This document shows positions 9,846 through 18,768 of a stretch of DNA of 64,000 nucleotides, one piece after another. The first letter of the stretch is position 1. Every line of letters starts with the position of its first letter. The translations under genes and the position numbers were made by a program. Origin of the DNA: a virus; the IMG/VR virus record IMGVR_UViG_3300037851_000102, positions 1-64,000 of that record. One strand, 5' to 3'. The notes under the pieces were generated by a model. The model searched no databases, was not told where the DNA came from, and was given only the letters and a program-made list of their open reading frames with translations.

Positions 9846-9899
9846 CTCCTTGTTTAGCCCTATGAATACAGTGTACTACAGTGTATTCTCAAATGCAAG
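9846..9899 (-). promoter_or_regulatory. repeated early promoter + leader, copy 1
   Basis: TTGCAT-17-TACACT plus GGGCTAAACAAGGAG leader; family consensus CTTGACTTTGAGAATACACTGTAGTACACTGTATTCAGGCTAACAAGGAG. Confidence 0.8.
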
Positions 9900-9974
9900 C
9901 GAAAAAGAATGGCGTACAATAAAGAGACAAATGATTTCAGGGTGTTACGAACTGAGACGTAGAAGATGTGTAAT

Positions 9975-10060
9975 AAAAAAGAACCCCTCTGGATCGCTCC
10001 AGAGGGGCTGGTGTGGGCTTAAAGACTCTTGGGCTAACAAGGAATTTTTGCCCGACACCA
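9975..10060 (-). ncRNA. candidate antisense sRNA-1 (targets GGCUAACAAGGA leaders), including its terminator
   Basis: TTGCAA-18-TATGAT promoter (10091-10062); stem TGGTGTcGGGC/GCCCACACCA; loop CAAAAATTCCTTGTTAGCCC; terminator CCCCTCTGGA/TCCAGAGGGG plus U-run. Confidence 0.55.
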
Positions 10061-10062
10061 AA

Positions 10063-10386
10063 TCATAACTTCGCTTTCTTAAATTTTGCAAGTGGCTTCG
10101 CATAGAAACGAATTCTTGGATTCTCAATCGCTTCCATCTTTTTGAAGTACGTTTGCTTATCCACTCCGAACGATGCCTTGAAGCACTTGCCTTCAAAGTC
10201 ACACGTTCCACAATTTGAATCTTCGTTCTCCCAAAAACCAAAACAGCTTTTGGTCTTGTCCTGTTTCACTTCAGTTTTGTGAAATGCCGCTCGGACTATT
10301 GCGGCATTCAGTTGTTCAACCGTTGCATCTTTGGGGACGGCTATCTTATTCGCTTCGCAGTATTGAAGGAGCTTCGTTCTATTCAT
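10063..10386 (-). CDS. small Cys-rich hypothetical protein
   Basis: CFG...CGTC....C putative metal site; coupled to the vWA gene. Confidence 0.6.
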   Translation of the reverse strand: MNRTKLLQYCEANKIAVPKDATVEQLNAAIVRAAFHKTEVKQDKTKSCFGFWENEDSNCGTCDFEGKCFKASFGVDKQTYFKKMEAIENPRIRFYAKPLAKFKKAKL

Positions 10387-10387
10387 A

Positions 10388-12184
10388 TCATCCTTGTTGA
10401 ATTAGTTTGGAGAGCTTTGCCAGTCCCGCTTTCGGAAGCTCATCCACGTCTCGCAGAATGACAAAATCAGGATAAAAATGTTTTACATGATCGGTCTCAA
10501 TTCCAACACCGATGATCTCAATGCCAGATTTTGAAATCAGCTCAATCTTTTTCTTCAGGTCTGTGCAGAGCTTCCGATGATCGCCGTCGCCTGTGGCTGG
10601 CTGTCCGTCTGACAAGACCATTAAGATCTTGCGCTTCTCTTTTCTTTCTGCAAGGCGCTTTGCTGCCCACGCAACACACTCGCCATCTGGATTCTGTGAA
10701 CCGTTCTTGATAGCCTCAAGGCCAAGAAGAGTGTGCGAATCAAAACGCTTGAACACATGAAGATCAAGACGCTCATGCTTGCGATTGAACCGAGTCGAAT
10801 CGGCAAGTGAAGCCGTGTACTCTGAAACTCTGCGATCAGGCTCAGAGCAAAAACCAGTTACTTCAAAAGGAATTTGCAAATCTTTGAGAGCTTCAGAAAT
10901 TGCAATCGCGCTCATCTTTGCGACTTGAATTCTGTGCCCTGCCATTGAACCAGAAAGATCGATCAAGAGTTCAACGGCAACATTGTTCGTTTCAGTGCGC
11001 GTGAATTCTTTGAATGGAGTTCGATATGATCGATCACTCGCAAGGCGAGAAAGATCTCGCGCATTCAGATTGCCACGCTCACGCTCAGTCTTCCACTTGG
11101 CGTTCTCGCGGACTTTGAGAACGCGCTCAAGCGCATTCTTGATTGGAGCGACCTTTGGTCTCACAGAATCTTTCAATCGCGCATAGGACTTGATATCGCC
11201 CTTGCCAGAATGATCGGTCACTTTGTCGAAGCGAGTTGTCGCAGGAATTGAAGTCGCAGTGCCGAACTCAGGAGTTGGATAGTGGCCTGATCCTGGTTTC
11301 ACTTTGCCGAGAGATTTTTTGTCCTCAGCAAGAGCCTTGTCCATCTTCTCTTTCATCATGTCGTGAATCGAAGTGGCGTGTTTGTCGAATTCAGATTTTT
11401 TATCGCCTTCTTTTTCTGTCAGCATCGAGTCGAATTTGGAATCAGCACCGCCAGCGCCAGAATCGTCCCCTTCGGAGTCGTCTTCACCTTCAGAATCTTC
11501 ACCTTCGGAGTCGCCTTCGCCGCCTTTGCCTTTGGCTTTGCTTTCGCTCGAATCACCTTCTTCGCCTTCTTCTTGCTCCCCATCGCCTGATTCCTTTCTT
11601 TCTTCTTCACGCTCTTCAATGATTTTTTTGACAATTTCTTCAGTCTTAACTCGAAGCTCTTCAGTTGATTTACAGTCGTTGAGTTCTACAGCCGCATCCT
11701 TCACAACGTCAACAAATCGCTCGATGTCTTCATCGATGCGTGGTGCGCGACCTTCCATGATATCTCGAACAGCAAGGATTGTACGAATCGGCCAAGGAAG
11801 TCTCGACCAATTCTCTTCGGCCATCACACGCGCTCGCATCTTGTCGTTAAGTGGACGCAAATGGAATGCCGTTCCTGGATACTCTTCTTGCATCAATCGC
11901 TCGATGCGAACATCCTCAACCGCATTCAGCATCTCTTTGTGAAAACGTGTTTTGATTTTTTTGAGAGTCTCGAAGCCAGTGAAGAGACAGTGAGCCGCTT
12001 CGTGGTCAAGATAGCCGTTCAAATCGGCCTTCATCTCTTCATCGATAGTTTGAAAAAACGGAAGCACGATGCGCTTGCCATCGGTGTACGCTTCGTTGCC
12101 TTCAAACAAAACTTCAAGATTGTATGATCGGCCAATGATACGACCGATCTTTTCGAGTGTTGATTCAAAATTAACACGACTCAT
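10388..12184 (-). CDS. CobT-like vWA domain protein (partner of MoxR AAA)
   Basis: N-terminal HEAAH and NAVEDVRIE, acidic linker, MIDAS DLSGSM, VLSDGQP, IIGVGI. Confidence 0.85.
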   Translation of the reverse strand: MSRVNFESTLEKIGRIIGRSYNLEVLFEGNEAYTDGKRIVLPFFQTIDEEMKADLNGYLDHEAAHCLFTGFETLKKIKTRFHKEMLNAVEDVRIERLMQEEYPGTAFHLRPLNDKMRARVMAEENWSRLPWPIRTILAVRDIMEGRAPRIDEDIERFVDVVKDAAVELNDCKSTEELRVKTEEIVKKIIEEREEERKESGDGEQEEGEEGDSSESKAKGKGGEGDSEGEDSEGEDDSEGDDSGAGGADSKFDSMLTEKEGDKKSEFDKHATSIHDMMKEKMDKALAEDKKSLGKVKPGSGHYPTPEFGTATSIPATTRFDKVTDHSGKGDIKSYARLKDSVRPKVAPIKNALERVLKVRENAKWKTERERGNLNARDLSRLASDRSYRTPFKEFTRTETNNVAVELLIDLSGSMAGHRIQVAKMSAIAISEALKDLQIPFEVTGFCSEPDRRVSEYTASLADSTRFNRKHERLDLHVFKRFDSHTLLGLEAIKNGSQNPDGECVAWAAKRLAERKEKRKILMVLSDGQPATGDGDHRKLCTDLKKKIELISKSGIEIIGVGIETDHVKHFYPDFVILRDVDELPKAGLAKLSKLIQQG

Positions 12185-12191
12185 TGATTCT

Positions 12192-12241
12192 CTCCTTGTT
12201 AGCCTGAATACAGTGTACTATGCCGTATTCTCAAAGTCAAG
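12192..12241 (-). promoter_or_regulatory. repeated early promoter + leader, copy 2
   Basis: TTGACT-17-TACACT; GGCTAACAAGGAG. Confidence 0.85.
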
Positions 12242-12247
12242 AGCGGA

Positions 12248-13357
12248 TTAACCGCTCTTCGTGGTCATGTTTCTCACAATGAGACCTTTGATAACTTCGG
12301 CATCTTCGGGAGAGACCTTCGAGAAGATTGATACCTCAGCCGCTTTGAGAGGGTCTTTGAATCGAATAAGATTCTCAGTCCAATCAATCATCCTGCGCAG
12401 AGAGAAAGTGCATTGAACTTCTTCTTTGCGGAAGGCTTCGCGAATCATGTTGCCGACCTTCACAACGGTCACAGCGACAGACTTTGAACCCGCAGGATTC
12501 GCAGCGAGTTTTGGAATTGAATTGATAACAACATTCACTTCTTCTTCAGGCGGAAGATAGTCAATGTAATAACAGCGCCAGCGATCAAGAAACGCTTCGT
12601 TCATGATGTTGGTGCCTTGATACAAGCCACGATATTGAGCCATGCGGCCAACGCCGTTGGCAGTGGCGAACAATCTGAAATTCGCATGAGGCGTTACAAT
12701 TTCATGGCCTTTTTCTTTGAGCATCAATTTGCCTTTTGGCTCAAGAACCGCATTCAACACAGAAAGAATTGCAGGCTCCGCGAAATCCAATTCGTCGATC
12801 ACAAGCCACAAGCCTTCGCGCATTGCCTTTGGAAGAACACCGTCAACCCATACGGTCTCGCCGCCCTTCACAGTCCACAAGCCAACGAAATCACCGATTG
12901 TCGTTTGACCGTTCATGTTCACGCGCAAAACACCTTGATCGATTCGCGCTGCCATCTGTTCAATCATTGAAGTCTTGCCCGAACCTGTGTGGCCGAGCAA
13001 AAGAACTCGACGATTCTCTTCGATATCCATCGCAATCCATTTTGCAGTATCGCTGAAGTGATATGCTGAATTCACAGAAGGCACGAAGTCGCCGCCTGCG
13101 CCCTTTGCGAGCGTCACACCATGAATTGAAAAACCCTTGTCTGTTGGCTTCGTTGCCATTGCTGTCCCCCTGCTTTTTTCTTTTGTATATTCTGGATGTA
13201 TCACGTCGTCCTGATCGAGTGAATACTTGACCATGTATGCCACAAGAGTTCCATCTGGACTCTGAAGCTCATCGGCATGATCGGTTTCAATGTGGTCAAT
13301 GAGGTTGTCTGAACGAAAACCGCAAATCTTACACGTTAAACGCTTTTTGTCTGACAT
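12248..13357 (-). CDS. MoxR/CobS/CbbQ-family AAA+ ATPase with N-terminal C2H2-like zinc finger
   Basis: Walker A GHTGSGKT, Walker B LVIDELD, FATAN, NEAFLDRW, FSLRRM; N-terminal CKIC...H...H. Confidence 0.9.
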   Translation of the reverse strand: MSDKKRLTCKICGFRSDNLIDHIETDHADELQSPDGTLVAYMVKYSLDQDDVIHPEYTKEKSRGTAMATKPTDKGFSIHGVTLAKGAGGDFVPSVNSAYHFSDTAKWIAMDIEENRRVLLLGHTGSGKTSMIEQMAARIDQGVLRVNMNGQTTIGDFVGLWTVKGGETVWVDGVLPKAMREGLWLVIDELDFAEPAILSVLNAVLEPKGKLMLKEKGHEIVTPHANFRLFATANGVGRMAQYRGLYQGTNIMNEAFLDRWRCYYIDYLPPEEEVNVVINSIPKLAANPAGSKSVAVTVVKVGNMIREAFRKEEVQCTFSLRRMIDWTENLIRFKDPLKAAEVSIFSKVSPEDAEVIKGLIVRNMTTKSG

Positions 13358-13363
13358 AAATTT

Positions 13364-13416
13364 CTCCTTGTTAGCCCTTTGAATACAGTATAGTACAATG
13401 TACTATGCGCGTCAAG
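13364..13416 (-). promoter_or_regulatory. repeated early promoter + leader, copy 3
   Basis: TTGACG-17-TATACT; GGGCTAACAAGGAG. Confidence 0.8.
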
Positions 13417-13669
13417 AAATCTTTTTCTTGGCTTTCTTTCGTGGATCTCCATACTTAGCCGAGAACGCTTCCATTCCCATCGCAAGAAGAACCTGAAGAG
13501 CTTCGGTCTTTGTTGGCTCCGCTGCGCCAAGCACAGGTCTCATCTCTGCAAGTTTCTCTTTCATGCTTTCAATAAAATTGTCTTCAAGCTCGTTCAATCG
13601 AAGAGTTGTCATCTTGTTGCGAACCGTCTTTGGATCTTTTAGGGTTTTCATCTTGTCTCCTTCACACAT
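13412..13669 (-). CDS. small ribbon-helix-helix-like DNA-binding protein
   Basis: TTLRLNELE beta-strand/helix followed by TKTEALQVLL helix; basic tail. Confidence 0.45.
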   Translation of the reverse strand: MCEGDKMKTLKDPKTVRNKMTTLRLNELEDNFIESMKEKLAEMRPVLGAAEPTKTEALQVLLAMGMEAFSAKYGDPRKKAKKKIS

Positions 13670-13709
13670 AAGATTCTATGGTATTACAGTGTATTTTTGC
13701 AAAAATCCA

Positions 13710-14759
13710 TCATTTTCTGTAGCTCGCATTGAACGAATCCATATCGTCCCAAATGCTGCCGAACTCGTCAGCGTGAACTTCTTGCTCTGAAATTCCGTGA
13801 AATTCATCGCTGTCTTGAACTTCATGATCGTGATCGTCTTCAATTTCATAGTGAGTACGCGCCACGCCATCGTCAATGTTGCAGTCTGCTCTTCGTGATT
13901 CAGGAATCAAACCGCAGGCGATTCCAGCTTCAATCAGAGTATTGTTGTGGATGTCGAGAACATTCTGAAACTCAGGAGCATAACCGCCAGCCAAGTTGAA
14001 TGCACAGCCAATTTTATTCTCGCGACAGAATTCAAAGACCATGCGATCACGCAATCGCAATTGCTTCTTGGTCAAACGTCCACCGAGCGGGTCGTTAATC
14101 CAAGGGTCAGCGCCAGCTTGATAAATCAAAACATCGACGCGAGAAAAATTCTCTTCAAGAATCTTGCGAAATTGTTTTTTAAAAAACTTCTTCGCGTTTG
14201 AACGATTCACGTTGCTTGAACCAAGAGTCCAATGCTTGATGTATTTAAGATCGAGTTTTTGAATGATGTTGTCGGTGCCGTTGCCATAGTGTTGATCCAT
14301 GTCGAGAATGCCAACAGCGCCGAAGTGCATTGGCGAATACAAGCGAATCATCTGCGCAGCGATCACAAGACCGTTGAACGTGCAGAAACCAGAGGCGCTC
14401 GAATAGCCTGCGTGGTGGAAGCCAGAAGTCAGCGAAGCGCAAATCTCTTTGGTCTTGAATGCGTGGATTGCAGCGGCAGCAAGCGAGCCAGTCGTGTAAC
14501 GCAAAGACTTTGCGACCGAAGGAAGCGTGTTACCGAAACCATTTGATCGACGGCAGGCCAAGATTGCTTCGACATGATCGATCTCATGAGCGAGAGCGAT
14601 GTGAGCGCGTGTGATTGGCTTAAAAGATTTTTGCTCGATTGGCACGTTGAGATTCTGCCAAGAGGCCAACACTTTTGCAGGCTTGCCAGCCGAAGGCGAA
14701 AAAGACGTGTTATCTGTTACCGTTTGCTCATCTCTGTAAAAAACTTTAATTGCTTTCAT
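13710..14759 (-). CDS. histone deacetylase (HDAC/AcuC) family Zn-dependent deacylase
   Basis: GFHHA, GFCTFN, LDMDQHYGNGT, YQAGAD..DPLG, AGGY catalytic motifs all present. Confidence 0.92.
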   Translation of the reverse strand: MKAIKVFYRDEQTVTDNTSFSPSAGKPAKVLASWQNLNVPIEQKSFKPITRAHIALAHEIDHVEAILACRRSNGFGNTLPSVAKSLRYTTGSLAAAAIHAFKTKEICASLTSGFHHAGYSSASGFCTFNGLVIAAQMIRLYSPMHFGAVGILDMDQHYGNGTDNIIQKLDLKYIKHWTLGSSNVNRSNAKKFFKKQFRKILEENFSRVDVLIYQAGADPWINDPLGGRLTKKQLRLRDRMVFEFCRENKIGCAFNLAGGYAPEFQNVLDIHNNTLIEAGIACGLIPESRRADCNIDDGVARTHYEIEDDHDHEVQDSDEFHGISEQEVHADEFGSIWDDMDSFNASYRK

Positions 14760-14765
14760 GCTTTA

Positions 14766-14807
14766 CCTCTTGAATACAGTGTACTACAGTGTATTCTCAA
14801 AGTCAAG
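14766..14807 (-). promoter_or_regulatory. repeated early promoter, copy 4
   Basis: TTGACT-17-TACACT; leader differs (AAGAGGT). Confidence 0.8.
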
Positions 14808-15147
14808 TCTTCCTTCGTGAAATCCATTTATTCTCAAAAACATCGTAATCACCGCTCTGAAGTCGAAGGATTGGCGGGGAGAGAACCTTATCTTGGATCG
14901 CCTTCTCATAAAGAGACAGAAGGGCCAGAAGTTCCATCGACTCCATCTCTCTTTGGTTTTCGGCATTCAACGATTCGTGAATTTTTAAAATTCCGTGCGC
15001 GATAAAACCACGGATTGAAATTTCATCGCCATCTTTCAATTTGATTCTGTAAAACCGAAATTGATCGCCATCATTCTTGATAAAGCGGATCGTGTGAATT
15101 CCGTTTTCGATTGGGATTTGAATTTCTGGAACCTTGGCTCTTCTCAT
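14803..15147 (-). CDS. hypothetical protein
   Basis: Coupled ORF. Confidence 0.55.
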   Translation of the reverse strand: MRRAKVPEIQIPIENGIHTIRFIKNDGDQFRFYRIKLKDGDEISIRGFIAHGILKIHESLNAENQREMESMELLALLSLYEKAIQDKVLSPPILRLQSGDYDVFENKWISRRKT

Positions 15148-15329
15148 AATTTCTCCAGTGCTTCTTTGAGTTCAACCATTTCAGGATTTGCCAAATAATC
15201 GTCGCCCTTGTCAGTAACATAGGGACGGCTTCGATCTCCAGCCGCAAGGCCGCGCTCAACGAGAACCCTTCGACTCACGCCGAAGGGATTAGCTCGTTTA
15301 ATTTTTTGAAGATCTTCTTTTATGTTCAT
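15144..15329 (-). CDS. small protein with C-terminal tag variant (LKEALEKL)
   Basis: Coupled ORF; terminal motif. Confidence 0.55.
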   Translation of the reverse strand: MNIKEDLQKIKRANPFGVSRRVLVERGLAAGDRSRPYVTDKGDDYLANPEMVELKEALEKL

Positions 15330-16195
15330 AGTGATTCCAAAGATTTCATGAAATCACTTGGCTCAACGATTCCGCGCTCAACACGATCTTGAACTTCGCG
15401 AAGTGTAGTCATCACGTTATGAAGTTTTGCGTTGATCGCTCCAGCGCGAGCGCGAAGGTTTTCGCTGTGAATTTTGTACTTCTCAACAATGTCGGCAGCG
15501 CGAGCCATGTCGCCTTCAAGTTGACGCTTGGTGATCGAGCCGTCTTTGAATCGCTTATCGATGTCGGCCACAAGCGAAGCAATGTCGCCAGCGATGTCTT
15601 CAGAGATCGCAGTTGAAAGAGCCTCATGCGTTCCAGCGTTGTCAAAAATTGGAACCCTGTGAAGAGTGGCGGAAGCCTGAAACGCCGTGAACAGTGATTG
15701 CAATCGCTCAAGCATTTTGTCAAAACGCGCATCCACGAAATAGATTCCACCGCCATCGCGCATGGCGACTCCCCATCCTTCTTGGCGAACAATGCGAAGA
15801 ACCAATTGACGAAACTGATTTGAATCGATGGTCTTGGCCGCACGTCTGAACTCTTCTTGGATCAGCGCGTACAATCTTGAATCTGTGTCTTCTGCTCGCA
15901 CAGGAGAAATCACGCCGCTCTTCTTGTTGAGAACAAGGCCAAGCTCGCGATCAAGATTAAGCTCATCGCCTGAAACAACTTCGTTGAACACGGCAAATTT
16001 CACTTCATCGCCAGCGTCACCGAAGCGACGATACAATTTATCATCGCCGCGTGTGATCTTCTTGATTGCCTTGATGAGCGCAGACTTGTAATCGTTGCGC
16101 GGGACAAAGCGATCAAAGCCAAGATCGATGAGCGCATCTTTTGTTGTTTCGAGTTCGTTGATTGACCAGAAAATTAAATCACCTTTGCGTTGCAT
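15326..16195 (-). CDS. conserved phage protein (DUF6744-like, tentative) with C-terminal tag (FMKSLESL)
   Basis: GDLIFWSI start and GGIYFV motif; GGGCTAACAAGGAG leader at 16201-16214. Confidence 0.6.
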   Translation of the reverse strand: MQRKGDLIFWSINELETTKDALIDLGFDRFVPRNDYKSALIKAIKKITRGDDKLYRRFGDAGDEVKFAVFNEVVSGDELNLDRELGLVLNKKSGVISPVRAEDTDSRLYALIQEEFRRAAKTIDSNQFRQLVLRIVRQEGWGVAMRDGGGIYFVDARFDKMLERLQSLFTAFQASATLHRVPIFDNAGTHEALSTAISEDIAGDIASLVADIDKRFKDGSITKRQLEGDMARAADIVEKYKIHSENLRARAGAINAKLHNVMTTLREVQDRVERGIVEPSDFMKSLESL

Positions 16196-16214
16196 ATTTT
16201 CTCCTTGTTAGCCC

Positions 16215-16376
16215 TTAGTTCATCCACTTGGCGAAGCCGAGCTTCACCATTTGTGCATCTGTTAAAATTAAACCTCTGCCATCTGCAAGCCTCACAAGAT
16301 GAACCGTTTGGATTCCCTCTGTGACGCTCGTTCTAATCTTCCCATAGTTCCAACAAATATATTGAACCTTATTCAT
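16215..16376 (-). CDS. 53-aa hypothetical protein (not in ORF track)
   Basis: MNKVQYICW...AKWMN-stop fills the gap and overlaps the upstream stop. Confidence 0.5.
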   Translation of the reverse strand: MNKVQYICWNYGKIRTSVTEGIQTVHLVRLADGRGLILTDAQMVKLGFAKWMN

Positions 16377-16842
16377 TTGAACCGCCTACAGTCGGATGCT
16401 CATGAAAGTATGAACCATTGCCAGCGGGTTTTTGAATCGATGCAGGCGCTCTGAAGTCTGAACCAGTTGAACCGCCGCCAACATTGAAGATCGGATTCAC
16501 GTTGATCGATGGATTGACTGTGACTGTGTTGGTATTGGAAGCGCCGCCATTTTTGGAAGCCTCACGCTCAACTTGCGCCTTGTAATCGGCTGGACGGCCA
16601 GAGAAAACAACTTCGTTGTCTTCAAAAACGATCAAGCGTGGCTTTTGAGTTCCATCGAAATCGACAGCGTACTCGTAAAGCTCGCGATTGCCTTCAAACT
16701 TCTTCTCAGTTGGTTCGCCGAGAATGTCGATCACTTGTTCTTTGCTCATGCCTGCGTCGATCTTATTAAGATCTTTCAACTTCGGCATTGAAGAACACGC
16801 GCTTAGTGCCAGACCTAAAACTATTAAAATTAACTTGTTCAT
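16369..16842 (-). CDS. lipoprotein with SmpA/BamE-like domain
   Basis: Lipobox LSAC; GMSKEQVIDILGEP motif. Confidence 0.75.
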   Translation of the reverse strand: MNKLILIVLGLALSACSSMPKLKDLNKIDAGMSKEQVIDILGEPTEKKFEGNRELYEYAVDFDGTQKPRLIVFEDNEVVFSGRPADYKAQVEREASKNGGASNTNTVTVNPSINVNPIFNVGGGSTGSDFRAPASIQKPAGNGSYFHEHPTVGGSNE

Positions 16843-16848
16843 AATACA

Positions 16849-16897
16849 CTCCTTGTTAGCCTGAATACAGTGTATTCTAATGTACTATGAAAGTCAA
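16849..16897 (-). promoter_or_regulatory. repeated early promoter + leader, copy 5
   Basis: TTGACT-17-TACACT; GGCTAACAAGGAG. Confidence 0.8.
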
Positions 16898-16901
16898 CAG
16901 A

Positions 16902-17348
16902 TTATTTTTGTGTCTTATTTTGATACCCTGTGAAGCTCTTCCACAAATCAACCATTGTCCATCCAACGGGGACGGTGACAGCCATTTGGATCGGCCATCC
17001 CTTTTTTAAGCGATCACTTACTGTGTGGCGATTGCCGCCAATGCGATCTCCCCACTGAGAAAGCGTCAATCTCTCTCCGCCAAACTCGACGAACGTGTTC
17101 GATCTTCTATTGTTTGAATTTTCTTTTGGCGTTGCCCAACGACAATTTGATGGCTCGTAATCTCCATCGTTATTGATTCTATCAAGCTGATAATTTGGTG
17201 AAGGCTTCCTTCCCATGTCTGCAAGAAAGTTCTCAAACTTATTCCAACGCTTGCAAACCTTAATGCCTCTTTCTGAGTAGTATCCTTTCGATTTTACTCT
17301 CTGATTCATGCACATCCATGTGATGCGCTCTGGAGTGTTTTTATTCAT
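16902..17348 (-). CDS. HNH-type homing endonuclease-like protein
   Basis: RGIKVCKRW..FENFLADMG...LDRINNDGDYEPSNCRWAT..N..N. Confidence 0.8.
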   Translation of the reverse strand: MNKNTPERITWMCMNQRVKSKGYYSERGIKVCKRWNKFENFLADMGRKPSPNYQLDRINNDGDYEPSNCRWATPKENSNNRRSNTFVEFGGERLTLSQWGDRIGGNRHTVSDRLKKGWPIQMAVTVPVGWTMVDLWKSFTGYQNKTQK

Positions 17349-18324
17349 CTCTTCTCTTTCTGCTATTTCTTACTTTTGCCGCTCTCAGGTCGCTCCACAA
17401 TTTTTCAGAAGTACAATCCTTAGCATTAAGATCGTCTCGGAATCTATAAAAAGTTGGATGACGCAGCCTTCCCACGATATTGTCAGCCGATCTTTTTGAA
17501 TCTTGGATCTCTTGTGCAAAAATATCCACCACGCGCCCGATGTACTTCTTTGGATTTTTCGCGATATCGTGGCGAATTTTATCATCGAAACCAGATGCGA
17601 ATCCAATCTCGATCAATCGGCCTTCGTGATAAACAGAGAGAGCGATTGAACCGATTGAACCTTTATACTTGCCATCGCCCTCTTTAAAACCAGAAATCAC
17701 ACACGAAACATCATACGACTTCTTCCACTTGCTCCATCCAACGCCGTATGCCTGTCTGATATCTTTGACGATGATTCCTTCGCCGCCTGCGTTCACAATT
17801 TTATTGAAGAACCCTTCGAGATTCACAGTCACTTGTTCGATCACTGTGATATGTGGATTGTTCATGCGCGAAACGACTTCGATCAAAACTTTTCTGCGCT
17901 TCTCAAGTGGTAGCTTGCGGATGTCTTTGCCACGAAACGCTTTGATATCAAAAACGCGATACTTCAAAAGTCCTGAAGATTTTTGCTTGCGAACAGCTTC
18001 CGCAGGCGAAGAGTTCATCACAGAATTCGTGCCCAAGAAATTCTCGGCCACAATTTCGCCATCAAGAACAGTTCCATCAAGACCTTCGTACTCGATGCCT
18101 GTGATATGTGGGACGTTATCAGTGCGATCAACGTGTTTCAAATCAACAGTCGAAACTCTGCGCGAGAGAAGAGTGTTGCCACTTCTGCGCTCATAAGGAT
18201 CGCAAGCGATGTAAAGCACATATCTTGAGCCATCGATTTTTTCTTCAGCGACGTAGTACGGCTTATCAACAATGTCAGGAAGTTTGGCCGTGCATCTTGA
18301 AGGTGCGTACAATTCTGTTTTCAT
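17341..18324 (-). CDS. ATP-dependent DNA ligase
   Basis: KIDGSR adenylation motif, LDGEI, VFDI, EGIIVK, C-terminal OB domain with LRHPTFYRFRDD. Confidence 0.9.
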   Translation of the reverse strand: MKTELYAPSRCTAKLPDIVDKPYYVAEEKIDGSRYVLYIACDPYERRSGNTLLSRRVSTVDLKHVDRTDNVPHITGIEYEGLDGTVLDGEIVAENFLGTNSVMNSSPAEAVRKQKSSGLLKYRVFDIKAFRGKDIRKLPLEKRRKVLIEVVSRMNNPHITVIEQVTVNLEGFFNKIVNAGGEGIIVKDIRQAYGVGWSKWKKSYDVSCVISGFKEGDGKYKGSIGSIALSVYHEGRLIEIGFASGFDDKIRHDIAKNPKKYIGRVVDIFAQEIQDSKRSADNIVGRLRHPTFYRFRDDLNAKDCTSEKLWSDLRAAKVRNSRKRRDE

Positions 18325-18767
18325 AACTTCTTCAGTGCTTTGAGAAATTCTTGCTTCTCATCAAGCTCTGCCTTTCTGACTTCGCGTTTGATATCCATTC
18401 GAGCCGCTGCGCTAATACGCGCATCACGCTCAGGAATTCCAAAAGATTTCTCACGCGCAACGATGAACCCATCCTCAACTGAAATAATTGGCTCGCTCGC
18501 TCGACGATAGCCCTTGGCAAGTTTCTCTCTCACTCTCTTGATCGCTTCGTACTTGTCGAGACGTTGCTCGCCTTGTGGCGGTCTTCCGTTGCGTCCCCAA
18601 GTGACAACGTGTTCGCCTGTCTTGGTATCAATGCGAAGCTCATAAAACTTGTCAGAGCCGCCTTCGCTGTACTCGTAACGGCCAACAGTGGCCGCCGAGT
18701 CTGCATCGATTTCGAGCGCGTATGCTGCATCATGAATGTCTTCAAATCGCTTCTTTTTGATCGCCAT
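18321..18767 (-). CDS. WGR-domain protein with C-terminal tag (FLKALKKL)
   Basis: SDKFYEL...VTWGRNG...KLAKGYR. Confidence 0.8.
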   Translation of the reverse strand: MAIKKKRFEDIHDAAYALEIDADSAATVGRYEYSEGGSDKFYELRIDTKTGEHVVTWGRNGRPPQGEQRLDKYEAIKRVREKLAKGYRRASEPIISVEDGFIVAREKSFGIPERDARISAAARMDIKREVRKAELDEKQEFLKALKKL

Positions 18768-18768
18768 T

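Noticed and set aside
11373-11942. Long Ser-rich antisense ORFs (also 39524-39925 and 44492-44857)
   Set aside because: Shadows of acidic or low-complexity coding regions on the opposite strand; no RBS
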